Source: Phoronis australis (taxonomy: Eukaryota > Animalia > Phoronida). Taken from it: 64,000 nt of DNA. The notes beneath the pieces are model-generated. The model did no database searches, was not told the DNA's origin, and saw only the letters and a program-made list of their open reading frames with translations. The stretch is taken from positions 167,850 through 231,849 of the forward strand of contig NMRA01000608.1 of the NCBI GenBank assembly GCA_002633005.1, in the 5' to 3' direction. Within the stretch, counting starts at the first letter, position 1; every line of letters starts with the position of its first letter. Positions 63,243 through 64,000 of the stretch are shown here, in pieces. A program made the translations under genes and the position numbers.

Positions 63243-64000
63243 CTACAGACCTACCAAGTCCCTACCATCCAAGATCTCCGACCTATTTACAGTTTTAATC
63301 GGTCCGGCACCATCTGCCGCCCGCACAGAATACACATCGTTTCTCCGAGAGACAATGTGATAAGGAACTGAACCAAATGCATTCTGAATTTTATTCCTCC
63401 TTATGATACTATGGTCTCTCAGAAATACTGTTGCAACAACCGGAAGTGATTGGGCGAACACACGTGTATCATTTGTAGCTTTATTTCTATCATTCGAAGT
63501 GTCAGTAAAATACCGAGCACGCTTCCAAGCGTCTTTCATTTTATCTGCTCTTAACTTTACATACTCATCTGTTCAACCACCTGCCAGATTTGCTGCATCA
63601 AACCGCAGGAGAAAATCCGAAGGAAATTTCGGTTCCCTGCCAAAGAACAAGAAAAACGGAGAGTACTTAGTAGTGCTGTGTGGAGTAGAATTATGCGACA
63701 TCACCAGATCATGTACAGTACATACTCCGGCCATTTACGCTTATGATCCATTGGCAAGGTTTTCAACAGATTATGCAATGTGCGATTAAAACGCTCACAC
63801 TGTGAATTTCCCTCAGGATGATATGGGGTTGTACGGGATTTCTGAATGTCATATAATTTACACAACTGTTTAACCAGATCGCTTTCAAAATTGCGACCCT
63901 GATCGCTATGAATCCTGTCCGGAATACCGAACTTATTGAACCATTGCTCAGTCAGAGCCTTGGCAACAGTCAGGGCAGTTTGATTGCGTGTCACAACAAC
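63243..64000 (-). pseudogene. Gypsy/Ty3-type integrase C-terminal part, frameshifted, runs off the window
   Basis: [39 protein letters not shown]; in another frame YNSTPHSTTKYSPFFLFFGREP; then VFLRDH..KIQ..PYHIV..VYSV (GPY/F-like). Confidence 0.92.

Overview
AT-rich metazoan genomic DNA, probably from a marine invertebrate, with GT-AG introns. It comes from a draft assembly with several single-n joins and a 970-nt gap. Mobile DNA dominates the window. (1) An Academ (XPG/PIN-type) DNA transposon at 4860-11167 has TAG..CTA ends, >=332-bp TIRs, an ACA target-site duplication and a decayed spliced gene. It lies just downstream of a CEP162-like first coding exon, and an orphan TIR and a second Academ relic follow. 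(2) Two large arrays of non-autonomous Helentron-type (HINE-like) units occupy ~17.2-24.1 kb and ~46.7-61.2 kb and are rich in AGGTCA direct repeats. A truncated herpes-tegument-type (peptidase C76) ORF abuts the first array. (3) The most interesting unit is a ~13-kb IS3EU-like element (~33.1-46.1 kb) bounded by CpG-rich palindromic repeat blocks. It carries two convergent spliced genes: a 6-exon HTH + DDE transposase with one frameshift, and a UIM-like + HECT E3 ubiquitin ligase whose last five exons splice into an intact 397-codon frame. (4) Small MITEs, a probable solo LTR, a Penelope-like RT relic, one EGF-like host exon and the 3' end of a Gypsy-like LTR retrotransposon make up the rest. 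All calls come from manual reading and motif recall; no database searches were run.
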